This document shows, piece after piece, positions 17,809-27,704 of a DNA stretch of 64,000 bases (positions are counted from its first letter, which is position 1; each line of letters begins with the position of its first letter). The notes under the pieces were generated by a model. It saw only the letters and a list, made by a program, of their open reading frames with translations. It was not told where the DNA came from and made no database searches. The translations under genes were made by a program, and so were the position numbers. This stretch comes from a virus (Duplodnaviria > Caudoviricetes), in the IMG/VR virus record IMGVR_UViG_3300024344_003081; one strand, written 5' to 3'.

Positions 17809-18599
17809 TAATATTTGGAGATAGTTTTGCAGATCCTGCAGACAGAAAATACGAAAATAAAAATGTAACAACGTGGTATGAATTTTTGAAATCAGATTAT
17901 AAAATAACAAATCATGCTTTATCTGGTACAGGTCCTCACTATTCATTTAAAGAATATTATAATTTTATTTCTAGTGATAATAATAAAGAAGAGTATATTT
18001 GTATTTTTTTATTAAGTGGAGAAGATAGAATTCATTTCTATAATGCTGATCCCCAAACTATTACACATATTAATTGGAACTTTGATAAAAAAGAAAGTTG
18101 GTGGGCAGAAGATTCAAATTTAACGAAACAAAAAATATATTATGATACATTTAAATCTGAAATTGATTTTTTCTTTTTAACAATGCATGATGAATTAAAA
18201 TGGTCTAATTTTAAAAATTTAGGATTCCTTTATATGAATTCTTTATTATTAAATATGAAAACATTTGTATTTTGTACTTATGGTATTAAAATATTAAGTG
18301 GAATGGGTAATTTTTTAAATCTTACGCAACTTAATAATTCAAATTTTTATTTATATCCAACTGAATTGGGATATATTGCTCATCAAGAATTTGTTGATTT
18401 AGAAACTGCTGGTGGTTATGATTTTGTAGATTATAGAAGAAATCATTTATCACAAGAAAATCATAAAGTTTTATATGAAAATATAAAAAAAATGATTAAA
18501 AATGATTATGAATATATTCCGTTTGTTAAAAATATAAATCATTCTCAAAATCTTGGACAATTTCGTAATTCAAAAACAGGAAAATTTATTTATGAATAG
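17793..18599 (+). CDS. SGNH/GDSL-like protein
   Basis: IFGDSF..GTG..RNHLSQENH; ends FIYE. Confidence 0.65.
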   Translation: MQDKIIIFGDSFADPADRKYENKNVTTWYEFLKSDYKITNHALSGTGPHYSFKEYYNFISSDNNKEEYICIFLLSGEDRIHFYNADPQTITHINWNFDKKESWWAEDSNLTKQKIYYDTFKSEIDFFFLTMHDELKWSNFKNLGFLYMNSLLLNMKTFVFCTYGIKILSGMGNFLNLTQLNNSNFYLYPTELGYIAHQEFVDLETAGGYDFVDYRRNHLSQENHKVLYENIKKMIKNDYEYIPFVKNINHSQNLGQFRNSKTGKFIYE

Positions 18600-19455
18600 A
18601 TTATTTGTTTTTGGAGATAGTTTTAGTCATCCAAATAGAGTTGATATTGATAAATTGCCTTTATGTGAGTTTATTGATGATAAATTTTTTACATTTTATC
18701 GTATAGTAGCAGAAAAGTTAAAAGCTGAATGTTATAATTTTTCATTAAGTGGTTCTGGCCCACAATATACAATGCTTAAATTTCATCAGGCTTTGTATCA
18801 TTATAAATTTAAAAAAAATGATTATATAGTTTTATTATTGTCAGATCCTAGTAGAGATTATAACCCTATAGAAAATGATATAGAAGAAGTAAAATATGTT
18901 GAATTAGGGGACAGACCTCATTATGGATTTGAAAATATAAGAAATCTTATATATCTTCAATATATGTCAAAATATTTTTTTCCAGAAGTCAAGTTTTTTT
19001 GTAATGTTATATGGAAAGAAAGTTCATTTTTTGAAGGTGAATATTATTCAAGTAGAGAAGGTGAATTTGGAATACACCAAAATGATTTTCCATCTAAAGA
19101 TTTTAAATTTGAAAAGTTATATAATTTAAATGATAGTAATAATTGGTTTTATTTGTGCGATTGTGAATTAGGTATTATTCATATGAAAGAATTTAAAAAA
19201 AAATACAAGATTTATATGTCTCATGAACGATTGCATTTTACACACAATGAAGATTCACAATTTAAAGTAAAAGCAGAAGTCAATGATAGTAGAGTAAATC
19301 ATATGAGTCAAAGAACTCATAATACTTTTGCTAATATTATTTTGGATTTTTTTATTAATAATAAAAGACCTATAAATACTGATAATTTTTTCGAAACTGG
19401 TTTTTTAGATTATGATGATCCACATTTAATTCCACAGGAATTTATATATGAATGA
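18592..19455 (+). CDS. SGNH/GDSL-like protein
   Basis: VFGDSF..GSG..VNHMSQRTH; ends FIYE. Confidence 0.65.
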   Translation: MNRLFVFGDSFSHPNRVDIDKLPLCEFIDDKFFTFYRIVAEKLKAECYNFSLSGSGPQYTMLKFHQALYHYKFKKNDYIVLLLSDPSRDYNPIENDIEEVKYVELGDRPHYGFENIRNLIYLQYMSKYFFPEVKFFCNVIWKESSFFEGEYYSSREGEFGIHQNDFPSKDFKFEKLYNLNDSNNWFYLCDCELGIIHMKEFKKKYKIYMSHERLHFTHNEDSQFKVKAEVNDSRVNHMSQRTHNTFANIILDFFINNKRPINTDNFFETGFLDYDDPHLIPQEFIYE

Positions 19456-20182
19456 TTTTCATATTTTTGGAGATAGTTTTGGGGAAAATCCATTACATAG
19501 TGATTCTCCTGAATTTTGCTGGTTCAATAATTTAAAATTAAAAGTTGATGGAACAGTTTTTAATTATTGCTTAGGATGTACTGGTCCAATAGAAAATTTA
19601 AAACTGCTTCTAGAAAAAAAATTAAAAGATACTAATATAATATTTTTGTTATCTATAAAATACAGAATACCATTTCCTTTTTCGAAAGAACGTGGTCATA
19701 GTGAAGATTTTAAAGAAATTCATGATTCTCGCACTTCTCCTAGAAAAGAAGTTAATTATGCACTAGAATGGTTATATGAAATTGATATGGTTTATAACAT
19801 GTTTGGAGATGAAATAGAAATGTCTCCTTTCTTATGTATATTATATTTACATTTTTATGCTTTAAAAAATAATTGTAAAATATTGATTTTTTTATGTGAT
19901 CCAAATGATGTTGCAAATGAAAATTATTTTTATTTTAATAATGAACATTTTAAAGTACATAGAAAAAATATTTGGCATATGAGTCAAGAAGAATTTCGAA
20001 ACAGAATAATTGATCCTATTGAAGAAGAAAAAAGAGTTTCGCATATAAGTGAATGTAATCATACAATCATGTTTAATATTATTTTAAATTTTTTTATGAA
20101 TACTTCTTATAATGAATCATTTTATCAAAATTTATATGACGGATCAAAAGAAAAAATAAAAAATAGATTTATTTATGATTGA
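19448..20182 (+). CDS. SGNH/GDSL-like protein
   Basis: IFGDSF..GCTG..VSHISECNH; ends FIYD. Confidence 0.6.
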   Translation: MNDFHIFGDSFGENPLHSDSPEFCWFNNLKLKVDGTVFNYCLGCTGPIENLKLLLEKKLKDTNIIFLLSIKYRIPFPFSKERGHSEDFKEIHDSRTSPRKEVNYALEWLYEIDMVYNMFGDEIEMSPFLCILYLHFYALKNNCKILIFLCDPNDVANENYFYFNNEHFKVHRKNIWHMSQEEFRNRIIDPIEEEKRVSHISECNHTIMFNIILNFFMNTSYNESFYQNLYDGSKEKIKNRFIYD

Positions 20183-20867
20183 AAAAATAGAATACGATAC
20201 TAAAAAATATAATTTTGTTAAAGTTTTTCAAGAATATTTTGAAGAAGATTTAACAAAATTACATAAAAAACTTCAATTTGAACGTGAATTTTCGGAAATG
20301 GCAGGAGGAACAGAAGAGTTTGAAGTAGTATCACAAACTTATACAGATGTTATTAAAACTTTAGCTTTTAATGATTTATGGATTGAATTTGTTGAAAATG
20401 TTATTAAATCATATTTTGATAATAAATCTATTTACATTCAAAAACTTCCTTCTTTTAGAATATTTCCTGCAGGACATTCTGTAAAATATGTTGAAAATAC
20501 AACTGATGGATATAATAAACATTTAGATGCAGAGCCTCCTTATTATCATCCTAAATTTGAGAGCAGTTTTTGGATACCATTGACAGAATGTAATTATTTA
20601 AATGATTTTTATTATCAAGATGAATATGGATCATATCGAAGAGCAGATATACGTATAAATGAATTGCTAATTTTTAGTAGTGATGTGATACATGGAAATA
20701 GTGTACATAATAAATCTTCTCAAACTAGATGTTCTTTGGATTTTAAAGGTTTAGCAGTAGATGATTATGATGAAACTATGTTGAGTGATCAAATGATTTT
20801 AAAAAGAGGCTCACCATTTAAACAAAAAGATTGGTATAGTACAAAACATTATTATATGGAAATGTGA
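20175..20867 (+). CDS. StrG-like / 2OG-Fe(II) cupin oxygenase
   Basis: QKLPSFRI..HLD..YH...SFWIPLT..HGN..N....RCSLDF. Confidence 0.6.
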   Translation: MIEKIEYDTKKYNFVKVFQEYFEEDLTKLHKKLQFEREFSEMAGGTEEFEVVSQTYTDVIKTLAFNDLWIEFVENVIKSYFDNKSIYIQKLPSFRIFPAGHSVKYVENTTDGYNKHLDAEPPYYHPKFESSFWIPLTECNYLNDFYYQDEYGSYRRADIRINELLIFSSDVIHGNSVHNKSSQTRCSLDFKGLAVDDYDETMLSDQMILKRGSPFKQKDWYSTKHYYMEM

Positions 20868-21880
20868 TGGACGTTAATTCTCATAATGATTGGGATTCTC
20901 TTGAAGAAATAATTGTAGGTCGTGCAGATTTTGCACATATTCCTCCAGTGGATTCTTCAATGAAAAATTTCATGTTTGCAAATCTGTCAAATGAAGAAAT
21001 AAAAAAACATGTTGGATCATATAATCAGGATCTTCTTAAAGAAGCAAATGAGGATCTTGATATTTTATCTGAAGTATTGGAAGATTGTGGAGTTGTAGTT
21101 CATAGACCAGAAAGAACACAACATCATCAGCGAATTCAGACTCCAAAATGGAGAACTACTGGTTGGCATAATTATTGTCCCAGAGATATTTTTTTAATTT
21201 TGGGAAATAATATTATCGAAGTTCCTAGTGTTATGAGAAGTCGGGTGTTTGAAACTTGGTCTTATAATACAATTTTACACAAAGCATTTGAAGATGGTGC
21301 AAGATGGTTTTCTGCACCAAAGCAAATTATTAAAGATGAAAGTTTTGATTTTTCAGATTTATCAAAACCAACATTAATGAACAATGAGATTCTTTTTGAT
21401 GCCCCTAATGTAATAAGAATTAATAAAGATTTAATTTTTCAAATAAGTAATAGTGGGAATGAAAAAGGAGCCGAATGGTTAGAAAGAATGTTTCCTGAAT
21501 ATAAAATTCATATTGAACATGATGCATATTCAGGCGCCCATTTTGATAGTACAATAATTCCTTTAAGAGAAGGACTTGTATTATTAAATGGACTAAGATG
21601 TAATCAAGATAATTATCCTAAATTTTTTGATGATTGGGAAAGAATATTTTTTACTGATATTATTTCAACTAATTCTGAAGACTCTGGAATATCAAGCGAT
21701 TCAATTGGATTAAATTTATTAAACATTAATCCCAATTTAGTCATTGTTGATGAAAATCAAAAACCATTAATAAAAATTTTAGAACAATATAAAATAGATA
21801 GTATACCTTTATCTATGAAACATGCAAGAACATTAGGCGGTGGTTTCCACTGTGTAACATTGGATTTAAAGAGAAAATGA
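20867..21880 (+). CDS. amidinotransferase (AGAT/StrB1 family)
   Basis: NSHNDWDSLEEIIVG, CPRD, FDAPN, HFDST, LGGGFHCVT (Asp-His-Cys triad). Confidence 0.9.
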   Translation: MDVNSHNDWDSLEEIIVGRADFAHIPPVDSSMKNFMFANLSNEEIKKHVGSYNQDLLKEANEDLDILSEVLEDCGVVVHRPERTQHHQRIQTPKWRTTGWHNYCPRDIFLILGNNIIEVPSVMRSRVFETWSYNTILHKAFEDGARWFSAPKQIIKDESFDFSDLSKPTLMNNEILFDAPNVIRINKDLIFQISNSGNEKGAEWLERMFPEYKIHIEHDAYSGAHFDSTIIPLREGLVLLNGLRCNQDNYPKFFDDWERIFFTDIISTNSEDSGISSDSIGLNLLNINPNLVIVDENQKPLIKILEQYKIDSIPLSMKHARTLGGGFHCVTLDLKRK

Positions 21881-23658
21881 AACAAGTAGGATTTCTTGAA
21901 CTTTCTCATATTTTCACAAATCAAGTAAAATTACCATATTCTACTGGATGTATTTGGAGCTATTGTAAAACAGATGAAGAAATTTCAAATAATTATTCTT
22001 TTGATATTCATGATTGGTACTATGTACTTGATGGGTCTTTTGATGTTTCATCCACAGCTAGGAAACTCGCTGAATGTGATATTATAGGAGTATCATATTT
22101 TGTATGGAATACTCATACAAGCGATAGAGTTAGTGCAGAAATAAAAAGACTTAATCCCGCTTGTAGAATAATATATGGAGGATTGGGTACCCCTAAGTAT
22201 GGTAGATGTCAAGAATTTTTGAATGATCGACCATATATTGATGCTATTGTACACAATGAAGGAGAATTAGTTTTTGCAAACCTCTTAAAGAATGATGACT
22301 GGTCTAAAGTTAACGGAATTACAACTCATTCTTTTCAAACTCCCCTTGCAAATAGAATAAAAAATATTTCTGAAATGCCTAGTCCATATCTTGATGGGCT
22401 CTTTGATAATTTAGTTGCTACTAAAGATCATGATTATGAATGGGAAAGTTTAATTGAACTTGAACGAGGATGTCCATATACTTGTACTTTTTGTGAAGTT
22501 GGAGATAGACATTGGACTAAAGTTATTAAACAAGATTATGATAAGATGGTTAAAGAAATAAATTGGATTTCAGATCATAAGATTGATTATCTACATTTAA
22601 TCGATAATAATTTTGGAATGTATAAAGAACATAAAATTATATCAGATTTATTGATTGATAAATTAGAAACAAAAGGTTATCCAAATGCATTAAATATTAC
22701 TTGGGCAAAACATAAAAAACCTTATCTTTTTGATATTGCCGAAGATTTGTGGAAAGTGGGTCTGAATAAAAGTGTAACTCTTGCCTTACAGTCCACTAAT
22801 TCTTCTACTCTTAAAGCAGTTGAACGAGCAAATGAAAATACAAATTTGGAACAGGTTATAGCTTATTTAAAAAAGAAAGGAATGCCTGCGTATATTGAGA
22901 CTATTTTAGGATTACCAGAAGAGACTTTAAGTAGTTTTAAAGAAGGATTATATAGATTGATTGATGATATAGGATATCATAATTATATTGGAATTTATAC
23001 TATGGTAGCGTTACCAAATACACCATTTGGTGATCCCGAATATTTAAAAAAATATGGAGTAAAGATAGTTAAAACTGCTCCTTGTTTTTTTCATCATGAA
23101 CATCCTTCAGAAAAACTTATGGAAGATACAAATGATGTTGTTATTGGTTCTAGTGTTATGTCTTATGATGATTATTTAAAAGCATGTGGTTGGAAATGGT
23201 ATATGATATCTGTTCATTTTCTTGGTTGGTTAAGAGTTCTTGCAATAGATTTAAAAAAGAAACATAATATTACTCATAGACAATTTTATGATGATTTATT
23301 TAATTGGTCTATACAAAATTCGTCTACTTTATTATATAAAGAATATTATGTGACAATGAGATTATTAAATAAAGTATTTAAAAAAGAAATTCCTTGGGGA
23401 AGAAAAGTAAAAGGAGCTTCTGACATTTATTGGGAATATGAAGAAGCAACAGGTATTTATATCGCAAAAAACAAAAAAAGATTTTACAATGAAATCGGTG
23501 ATTTTTTGGAGAATACATATAATAGTAGATATCCCGTATTAGTAAAAAAACAATCAGACAAAATGCTTGATCCATTTCTTGTATATGAGGGAGATTTAGA
23601 AAAATATGCAAGAGAATGTTTGTGGTGGGGCAGACGAGCAGAAAGATTTTTTGTATGA
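21877..23658 (+). CDS. cobalamin-dependent radical SAM protein
   Basis: N-terminal B12-binding domain (LPYS, GVSYFVWN, YGG) plus RGCPYTCTFC. Confidence 0.88.
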   Translation: MKQVGFLELSHIFTNQVKLPYSTGCIWSYCKTDEEISNNYSFDIHDWYYVLDGSFDVSSTARKLAECDIIGVSYFVWNTHTSDRVSAEIKRLNPACRIIYGGLGTPKYGRCQEFLNDRPYIDAIVHNEGELVFANLLKNDDWSKVNGITTHSFQTPLANRIKNISEMPSPYLDGLFDNLVATKDHDYEWESLIELERGCPYTCTFCEVGDRHWTKVIKQDYDKMVKEINWISDHKIDYLHLIDNNFGMYKEHKIISDLLIDKLETKGYPNALNITWAKHKKPYLFDIAEDLWKVGLNKSVTLALQSTNSSTLKAVERANENTNLEQVIAYLKKKGMPAYIETILGLPEETLSSFKEGLYRLIDDIGYHNYIGIYTMVALPNTPFGDPEYLKKYGVKIVKTAPCFFHHEHPSEKLMEDTNDVVIGSSVMSYDDYLKACGWKWYMISVHFLGWLRVLAIDLKKKHNITHRQFYDDLFNWSIQNSSTLLYKEYYVTMRLLNKVFKKEIPWGRKVKGASDIYWEYEEATGIYIAKNKKRFYNEIGDFLENTYNSRYPVLVKKQSDKMLDPFLVYEGDLEKYARECLWWGRRAERFFV

Positions 23659-24254
23659 AATATTATGAAGACTTTTTAAAATATTTTTTAGATGTAGATT
23701 TGTTGAATGAATTAAAGTCTATTTCAGAATGGGAAAATTTTGATCGTAATACAAGTCATATGAAAGAATATTATGGCGAAGGTCAGTTAATTAATAAAAC
23801 ACGACAATATTTGCATTCTAAAAAATGTATAGAGTGGGTTGAAAAAGAATCAGGTGTAGATGGATTGGTTGTTGATGTTTATGGTACAGGTGAAGGAGTA
23901 TCATTAATGGAATCAGGAGATCAGTTAGATCCTCATATAGATTTTAATTGGAATAATCGAATAAAAATGAATCGTGCAGTAAATTTAACGGTTTATTTTG
24001 GTACTGTTACTGGTGGCGAATTTACAGTATGGGATGAAGATATGAAAACAGTAACTTTTTCTAAATCACCCAAACATAATTCTGCAATTTTATTTCAACA
24101 TAGTGAAACAAATGCTCATGGAGTTAAACCCGTAACTTCAGGTCAACGATATGCGATTAGACAATTTTATTATAAAAGCGAATCAACTTGTGATAATCCG
24201 CATCAGTCCCTTTATTGGTATAATCCAGAAAAAAATATGCCTACAAATACATAA
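23655..24254 (+). CDS. 2OG-Fe(II) oxygenase
   Basis: HID, GGEF, HGV, R..IRQFYY. Confidence 0.85.
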   Translation: MKYYEDFLKYFLDVDLLNELKSISEWENFDRNTSHMKEYYGEGQLINKTRQYLHSKKCIEWVEKESGVDGLVVDVYGTGEGVSLMESGDQLDPHIDFNWNNRIKMNRAVNLTVYFGTVTGGEFTVWDEDMKTVTFSKSPKHNSAILFQHSETNAHGVKPVTSGQRYAIRQFYYKSESTCDNPHQSLYWYNPEKNMPTNT

Positions 24255-24970
24255 TGGAAATATTTCTTCACGGACCTGGGGGATGTATGACAACTTGGCC
24301 CCTAACAAGATTTGCTTATAATTGGTGGAAAGATAAACCAAAAAAAATGATATTTGAATATTCTTGGAATCTTGAAGAAAATTGGAAAAATAACGAAGAT
24401 TATTCATATTTACCTAGACAAAAACTTCTTAAAAAATTCGAAGTGCCTAGGGCCGCAGACTTTTTGTATGACAAATATTGGGCTGAAAATGATACGGCTT
24501 TATATATGTGTGATTATGATAATTGCATAATTTTTGTTGAATATGATAATCGAGTATCTATGCATTATCCTGATGAATTATCATGTGTGAATTATGATAT
24601 AGAATATCAATTTTCAACCGAAATGTTTTATTCGGGAGTTTCTTCAGAAATAGGTAATTGGCAACATAAAAAATATAATACATTTATTCCGTTAAAAGAT
24701 TTTAGATTACATGTTAAAAAGATTAATGGTCGAAAATGGATTTTTGATCTTGATGTAGAAAAAACTAAAGCAATGTATAATCTCTATGTTGAAACACCAC
24801 ATGTAGTAGATTGGTATTATAGATTACATGTTAGAAATAAAACTGTTATTGATAATTTTAGTGAATATACAGGTATAGATTTATCTTATGATATGAATTC
24901 AGGAGATAATTTGCGAGGAGATCCTGATACTTTAGATGTTTCTGATTTTAAATTTCATATTAATCGTTAG
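24254..24970 (+). CDS. hypothetical protein
   Basis: coupled ORF in operon; no motif recognised. Confidence 0.6.
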   Translation: MEIFLHGPGGCMTTWPLTRFAYNWWKDKPKKMIFEYSWNLEENWKNNEDYSYLPRQKLLKKFEVPRAADFLYDKYWAENDTALYMCDYDNCIIFVEYDNRVSMHYPDELSCVNYDIEYQFSTEMFYSGVSSEIGNWQHKKYNTFIPLKDFRLHVKKINGRKWIFDLDVEKTKAMYNLYVETPHVVDWYYRLHVRNKTVIDNFSEYTGIDLSYDMNSGDNLRGDPDTLDVSDFKFHINR

Positions 24971-24976
24971 AAGTAT

Positions 24977-25564
24977 ATGTGGAAACATGTAGATTTATTT
25001 GAAAGAGAGGTTGCAAGAATAATAGGAGCGCCTTATGGAATTGCTACAGATTGTTGTACTCATGCAATTTTTATTTCTTTATTATGGGAAAAAGAACATG
25101 GATTAACTGAAATAGGATTACCTAAAAGAACATATATAAGTGTTCCTCAAGCATGTAGACATCTTAATTTAAAAATTCATTATCATAATACGCCTTGGAA
25201 AGGTTCTTATGATATTATTGGAAGCAACGTTGTGGATTCTGCTTGTCATTTTTCAGAGAACACATATAATGAAGGGTTTAGTCATTGTTTAAGTTTTCAT
25301 CATCGCAAAACTTTATCTACAATACGTGGTGGTATGATTTTGACAGATAATAAAGAGTTTGCAGATTGGGCTAGACTTATGATTTATGATGGTCGTGATA
25401 GAAATAAAATGATGAAAGACGACAATCCAACATTATGTGGATATCATTATTATATGTCCCCCGAAACAGCAATATTGGGAATGCAAAATTTAATGAAATT
25501 GGATACCTATATTCAAAAATCTATTGCAACATATAAAGACTACAAAGATATAAGTCATATATGA
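24977..25564 (+). CDS. short DegT/DnrJ/EryC1/StrS PLP aminotransferase
   Basis: ATDCCTHA, VDSA, SFHHRK (Lys), RGGMILT. Confidence 0.85.
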   Translation: MWKHVDLFEREVARIIGAPYGIATDCCTHAIFISLLWEKEHGLTEIGLPKRTYISVPQACRHLNLKIHYHNTPWKGSYDIIGSNVVDSACHFSENTYNEGFSHCLSFHHRKTLSTIRGGMILTDNKEFADWARLMIYDGRDRNKMMKDDNPTLCGYHYYMSPETAILGMQNLMKLDTYIQKSIATYKDYKDISHI

Positions 25565-26799
25565 TTTTTTGTGATATTCCTAAAATAGAAGATATTATTC
25601 CTCATTGTTGGACAGATCCAGTTGAGGGTTCTTTTCATTTACAAAAATATCTTAAAGAAAACATTCCTATAGATTCTGATGTTTGTATTATTGATAGGTC
25701 TGAAGTTGAACGATTGTGGCCTTTAGATTTATCAGAAAGCAAAATTGTTCATAATATACATGAAGCATTGTCAAACCATACAGGAAAAATATTTTATCTT
25801 AGCGGAGATTTGAATATTTTTAAACGTTATAATAAATGGGTATTGACAACAAAACCTGATCGAAAAGTAACACCTATTGTTTTTCCTTTTTGTTTTTTTC
25901 CAAAACCGGGTTTAGTAGAAGATTTTTGTGTTGAAAGTTTAGAATTAACTTATTCTGATGAAGAACGAGAATTATATAAACAAATACGTTTAAAAGATAA
26001 AACTAAAAATTTTATAAATTTAACTTGTAGTCCAAAATTATTAAGACTATTATTATTAAAAAGATATTATCATTATCAAAATTTTGATTATTCATTTTTT
26101 CCATGGCATCATGGAGAAAATTTTCCAGAAGTATCTATTGATTATCCTCTTGTATGGGATAAATCTGGTCAAAAAGTGAAAGGATCTGATGGTTTTTATC
26201 AATTGAGAGATACATGGTTTTTGTCTGAACCTATTCCTATAAGAGAATTGACAGAATTTTCTGGTGAATGGAAATCGGGAAGTAAAGATAAAATATTTTT
26301 TGATGATTCAATGCCTCAGGAAGTTTTTACAAGTTGTTGTGATATAGTAACAGAATCGTATTATTGTAATGATTCTGTGTTTTTTACTGAAAAAACTTTT
26401 AAAGAAATTATATTTAGAAGACCTTTTCTTATGTTGGGCGCTAAAAATCAATATAAATTTTTTAAAAAATTGGGATTTGTATTATATGATGAAATTTTTA
26501 ATTATGATTTTGATGATGCTGACAATCTTAAAGAAAGATATGAAGGATTTTGTGATCAAATAGATCGATATATACATTTATCACCAATCAAATTTAATAA
26601 AAAGTTAAAAATTTTAACTGAAAAAATAGAATATAATTTTCAATTATTAAATCAAAAAATATTAGAAAGTGTAAACATCTATGAGATGATTTCTAGATGT
26701 CATGATGATGAAAATATATTTGTTGAAAATTCAAAAATGGATAAAATGTTTGAAGATGTTTTACCACAATTAGAAGATTATACAACAGAGGTATTATGA
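25561..26799 (+). CDS. GT10-like/GT-B-like hypothetical protein, copy 2
   Basis: DIVTES..FTEKTFK..RPFLMLG..LGFVLYDEIFNYDFD. Confidence 0.5.
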   Translation: MIFCDIPKIEDIIPHCWTDPVEGSFHLQKYLKENIPIDSDVCIIDRSEVERLWPLDLSESKIVHNIHEALSNHTGKIFYLSGDLNIFKRYNKWVLTTKPDRKVTPIVFPFCFFPKPGLVEDFCVESLELTYSDEERELYKQIRLKDKTKNFINLTCSPKLLRLLLLKRYYHYQNFDYSFFPWHHGENFPEVSIDYPLVWDKSGQKVKGSDGFYQLRDTWFLSEPIPIRELTEFSGEWKSGSKDKIFFDDSMPQEVFTSCCDIVTESYYCNDSVFFTEKTFKEIIFRRPFLMLGAKNQYKFFKKLGFVLYDEIFNYDFDDADNLKERYEGFCDQIDRYIHLSPIKFNKKLKILTEKIEYNFQLLNQKILESVNIYEMISRCHDDENIFVENSKMDKMFEDVLPQLEDYTTEVL

Positions 26800-27704
26800 C
26801 AATTTATCTTTTTGGTGATAGTTATGTAGAAAACGAGCCTGCTCACTTTCTTAATGTAAGAGATCATGAAAGATGGTATGATATTCTTTCGAAAAGAATG
26901 AATGAAGAAAATGTTAATTATGGTCAAGCTGGTGAAGGTCCTATAGAAACCATGGAAAAATTTCAAACAGGTTTAGAGTCTGGTTATTATAATGAAAATG
27001 ATAAATTTGTTATTGCATTATCTTCACCATTTCGTATACCTTGGAAATGGAGAAGGAAGGGTAGAAAAGAAGATAAAGCTAATCAATTAAGAGCCGATGA
27101 TATTTTGAATTCTTCTGATTTTCTTTTTCGTTCTTTTAAACAAGAATTGGGTGTTGGGTTGGGGGGTGGTGTATCATCGGCTGTCATGGAAGATTCTTAT
27201 TTTTCAGGAATTGATGATGCAGATGTAAAATTTAATGAAATGCAAATATTTACTCTAAAATCTTTTTATGATTGTATGCATGATGAATTATCATATACAA
27301 ATGTAAAAAATATATGCTTATTGAAACACATTTCGATACAAAATAATTTACCTATAATTGTTTTTACAGTTTTTGATTGGAATAATACTCCTATGGAAAA
27401 AAAATCGAATAATATGTCTGTATATAATTTAGAAAATATTAATGATGATTTATTTTATTATTATCCTACGCCCTTATTTGAACATTCAATGCGTGAATGG
27501 AAAAATAAAGAAAAGATGAATGAAGGAATGTTAAATCATTTTTCTGAACGTAATCATGAAATAGTTGCAAATATTATTTGTAATCATTTTACTGATTCTG
27601 ATTATTCTGTAAAATTTCATGAGGGGTTTATTATAGGAGATAAAAATTCTGATAATCGAGGAAATATAGATTCAACAAAATATGTAGATTTTATTTATGA
27701 TTAA
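26796..27704 (+). CDS. SGNH/GDSL-like protein
   Basis: LFGDSY..GEG..LNHFSERNH; ends FIYD. Confidence 0.6.
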   Translation: MTIYLFGDSYVENEPAHFLNVRDHERWYDILSKRMNEENVNYGQAGEGPIETMEKFQTGLESGYYNENDKFVIALSSPFRIPWKWRRKGRKEDKANQLRADDILNSSDFLFRSFKQELGVGLGGGVSSAVMEDSYFSGIDDADVKFNEMQIFTLKSFYDCMHDELSYTNVKNICLLKHISIQNNLPIIVFTVFDWNNTPMEKKSNNMSVYNLENINDDLFYYYPTPLFEHSMREWKNKEKMNEGMLNHFSERNHEIVANIICNHFTDSDYSVKFHEGFIIGDKNSDNRGNIDSTKYVDFIYD